In this document: positions 61,309 to 64,000 of the stretch, piece after piece
Position numbering within the stretch: position 1 is the stretch's first letter
Layout: each line of letters begins with the position of its first letter
NCBI GenBank assembly: GCA_000004695.1
Contig: CM000151.3
Coordinates: 7,712,001-7,776,000 of the forward strand
Source of the DNA: Dictyostelium discoideum
Taxonomy: Eukaryota
Length of the DNA stretch: 64,000 nucleotides
Direction of reading: 5' to 3'
Translations under genes and position numbers: made by a program
Notes under the pieces: model-generated
Seen by the model: the letters and a program-made list of their open reading frames with translations, nothing else
Told to the model about the DNA's origin: nothing
Database searches by the model: none

Positions 61309-61521
61309 ATGAATTTTAGAATATTTGACAAAATTGGAAATTCATATAAAAAATCATTACAAAATAGGCCAGTCATCACAAAATCATTAACAGGTACAGT
61401 TGTATTTTTTTTAGGTGATACTTTAGCTCAAAAAATAGAAAATAGAGGATATGATCCAAAAAGAACATTAATGATGTGTACAGTTGGTACATTTATAGTA
61501 GTTCCACAAATTCATTTGTAT

Positions 61522-61561
<40 letters not shown>

Positions 61562-61588
61562 GATATTTTTAATTTAATTAATTAATAA

Positions 61589-61622
<34 letters not shown>

Positions 61623-62020
61623 GGTTTAAATTTTTAGATAAAACATTTACAAAACCAGGATGGGCAGGAGCAATACCAAAAGTTGTAGTTGATCAATTGA
61701 CATTTGGACCATATTTATTTGTATGCAATATGACATCAGTACAATTATTTCATCAAGGTTTTAATTTTGATACTCACCAATGGAAAGATAAAATGAAAAA
61801 AGATTTTTTCCCAGTACTTCAAAAAGCATGGATGATTTGGCCACTTACAAATTGTATATTATTTAGATTCGTTCATCCAGATTATAGAATTTTAATTAGT
61901 AATTTAGTGAGTGTTGGTTGGAATTGTATTTTATCAACTGTTTCAAATAAATCATTTTTAAAAAATAATAATAATAATAATGATCCTTCAATTTCAACAA
62001 TGGCATCATTAAATGAATAG
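61309..62020 (+). CDS. Mpv17/PMP22-family membrane protein of 202 aa. Exons are 61309..61517 and 61621..62020.
   Basis: Exon 1 ends ...VVPQIH-TT|GTATGT (phase 2). The intron holds T40 and A30 runs. The acceptor aaaaaaag|TTGGTTT gives (F)WFKFLDKTFTKPGWAGAIPKVVVDQLTFGPYLF...WMIWPLTNCILFRFVHPDYRILISNLVSVGWNCILS, matching the Mpv17 WYKVLDR...DQ..F.P and C-terminal motifs. The more obvious acceptor, tttttag|ATAAAAC, was rejected because it creates an in-frame TAA and the wrong phase. Confidence 0.75.
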
Positions 62021-62135
62021 AGATAAATAAAATAAAATGTTGAAAAAAAAAAAAAAAAAAAAAAAAATCAAATATTATTATTATTTATATTTTATATTTA
62101 TATTTTATTTATTTAATTTAATTTAATTAAATAAT

Positions 62136-64000
62136 TTATTTTTTTAACATTAAAATTGATTTTAGTGTTATATTTTGTAAAAAAGCAGTTTTTGAAGATG
62201 AAAAGTTTAATTTCTTTGATTTAGTTAAAATGTTGTTAAATGAAGTGGTGGAGGTGGTAAAAGATGAACCATTAATAGATTTGAGAGGTTTAGTAGTATC
62301 ATCAAATAATGAGACTTTAGATTCATTTTCCGAAATTAAATTAATATCATTATCTTTTTGACTAATAGCAGCTTTTGCGATTTTATATTCATTAATGACT
62401 GATCTAATATTATCTTGAGAGAATGGTGATTTGAATTTTGATTTTGGAAGATAATTAACGATAATTTCTCTTTCTTTTAATCTTGAAATATTTAATTCTT
62501 GATAATAACCATCCAATATATCCTTTACATTATAGAGTAAATCTGCTTGATAAGGTGAGAATCTAATTAAATCATAAGCAACACCATATGGTACTTTACC
62601 AAAACCACAACGAATTGTATTTTGATAACGTTGTGAGAAATGAGTTACGATCGTTTTTCTAGCTCTCATATTGTAGGATACATTTAAAGTTTCATCTAAA
62701 GTTGAATGACGTTTTAGGTAAGCTTGGTCTTTTTCATCGTTGGCAAAGGTTGATTCGTGAATTAAGAGATCAGAATCTGCACCAGCTTTCTCTAAAAGTT
62801 GGCAAGGTCTAGTATCACCAGAGAAAGTTAATCTAAAGCCATCATTGAAATCAATGACACAACCATAGGCATTTGGTGCATGTATTACTGGTACATTTGT
62901 GAATGAACTAATTCCAAGGGTTTCACAAACTTGTACCATATTTTGACCACCCGAACCAATGCTTTGAGTTACAAATGAAAGAGATGGATCAAAACTTTCA
63001 CGATATTGAGTGATCCAATTGATGTAGGATGAATGTGAAACCACAAGCATTGGTGAATGTTTACTTCTCTCTTCTTCACTTAATTTGCTCAATGCTTCAT
63101 CCCTTGCTTTGACAATTGATATTAAACCCAAATGATGATCAGCATGTAAATGTGATATCCAAATCATTTTGGTGTCAATTAAAATCTTTTGCAAATCGAC
63201 TCTACCAAAGTATCTCTCCATTTGAATTAGAGTTGATTCACCACAATCCAATATGAAATGATTATTCTCACTACTACTAATGAGAATACCTGTAACATTT
63301 CTATGTTCTGAAGGAACGGATGAGGCAGTACCAAGGAATAAAGTTTTTGGATATTTACTAGCTGGTTTATTCTTTACCAATGATTCCAAATGTCTATCGA
63401 GATCCAACATTGTTTTAGTTTGTTTTTCACCCTCACCTTTCAAGAAATAATCATCATGTTGAAGTTGTAATTCATCTTGGTGACTTATAATATCTTGAGC
63501 CAATATTGGTGCACCACGGAATTGTGTTGGTGTCATTATGACTCTAAATGAATTTCTAGCTGGAATGATTGAATTGAAAATGGTTGATTTCTTTATATTC
63601 TCTAAGGAATTGATTGAAGTTGGCTCCCATTTTGGGGAATCGGTTTTATGGATTGATAATGAGGGTATCAAAATCTTTAATCTACTTCTAAAGAGGTCAC
63701 AAAGTTTAAGGACATCTTGAATTTCTGTGAATTCTTTATGTAACAATATATGTTTAGTTGAACCATACATAACACTACCATCCTCTTCAGTGATTGATTT
63801 CTCCTCATCATTAATATCTTTAAGTTTTCCATAGAATTTGGTGTAGTTATTTTTGGTGGATACATGACTAATCGATTCAATGAATTCCAAATATTTTGGA
63901 TTCTCCATTATATGTGGTGCAGTCTTATGATAGATGGCAGTCAATGGTTTTGTACCATCTTTAATTGAATCCCAAGCTGGATTATTAAATAAATCTTGGA
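62136..64000 (-). CDS. tRNase Z (ELAC2-like ribonuclease Z, long form), C-terminal metallo-beta-lactamase half. The gene continues upstream beyond the window end, so the 5' end is partial.
   Basis: It carries ...FILDCGESTLIQMERYFGRVDLQKILIDTKMIWISHLHADHHLGL (the HxHxDH zinc motif) ... and AGADSDLLIHESTF. The reading frame stays open through 64000 (…SQDLFNNPAWDSIKDGTKPLTAIYHKTAP...). The ORF-track 'M' at 63944 is TTG. Confidence 0.8.
   Translation of the reverse strand, partial: QDLFNNPAWDSIKDGTKPLTAIYHKTAPHIMENPKYLEFIESISHVSTKNNYTKFYGKLKDINDEEKSITEEDGSVMYGSTKHILLHKEFTEIQDVLKLCDLFRSRLKILIPSLSIHKTDSPKWEPTSINSLENIKKSTIFNSIIPARNSFRVIMTPTQFRGAPILAQDIISHQDELQLQHDDYFLKGEGEKQTKTMLDLDRHLESLVKNKPASKYPKTLFLGTASSVPSEHRNVTGILISSSENNHFILDCGESTLIQMERYFGRVDLQKILIDTKMIWISHLHADHHLGLISIVKARDEALSKLSEEERSKHSPMLVVSHSSYINWITQYRESFDPSLSFVTQSIGSGGQNMVQVCETLGISSFTNVPVIHAPNAYGCVIDFNDGFRLTFSGDTRPCQLLEKAGADSDLLIHESTFANDEKDQAYLKRHSTLDETLNVSYNMRARKTIVTHFSQRYQNTIRCGFGKVPYGVAYDLIRFSPYQADLLYNVKDILDGYYQELNISRLKEREIIVNYLPKSKFKSPFSQDNIRSVINEYKIAKAAISQKDNDINLISENESKVSLFDDTTKPLKSINGSSFTTSTTSFNNILTKSKKLNFSSSKTAFLQNITLKSILMLKK

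Noticed and set aside
61636-61638. Obvious acceptor tttttag|ATAAAAC for Mpv17 exon 2
   Set aside because: It gives the wrong phase and an immediate in-frame TAA. The acceptor at 61619-20 (aaaag|TTGGTTT) restores the conserved WFKFLDK motif.

Overview
This window looks like Dictyostelium discoideum nuclear DNA. It is about 75-80% A+T, with long oligo(dA)/(dT) tracts and (AAT)n/(CAA)n microsatellites that run through coding sequence as poly-Asn/Gln/Thr. Introns are short (about 80-230 nt), AT-rich and almost all GT..AG. The supplied ORF track often opens ORFs at GTG/TTG and merges intron sequence into them. I therefore re-derived ATG starts and exon-intron structures by hand from splice-site consensus and reading-frame continuity. 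All exon joins are inferred from sequence only.

The window is gene-dense, with about 30 protein-coding genes on both strands. They include clathrin heavy chain, RNA polymerase III largest subunit, diacylglycerol kinase A, NDUFS8, a mitochondrial-type CysRS, mitochondrial ribosomal protein S17, a SMYD methyltransferase, an Mpv17/PMP22 protein, the C-terminal half of a tRNase Z, an AA10-type lytic polysaccharide monooxygenase, a Clu-domain giant protein, several F-box-like/LRR proteins, an hssA/2C/7E-family small protein and an elongin-B-like ubiquitin-like gene. There are two tRNA genes, tRNA-Asp(GUC) and tRNA-Leu(AAG). Each has a T-run terminator and a Dictyostelium-type external B box downstream, and neither has a TRE retrotransposon inserted nearby.

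I found no prokaryotic-style defence or mobile system; this is a eukaryotic euchromatic region. The items most worth follow-up are:
- a single gene fusing a ubiquitin-like domain, a vWA (MIDAS) domain, a divergent Ras-like P-loop domain and a C-terminal CaaX box;
- a terpene-synthase pseudogene fragment lying just upstream of one of two direct copies of a ~190-bp dispersed repeat;
- a secreted AA10 LPMO gene with a eukaryotic intron;
- a Clu-domain protein that carries C-terminal leucine-rich repeats;
- an elongin-B-like gene whose first exon cannot be joined with a canonical GT donor.
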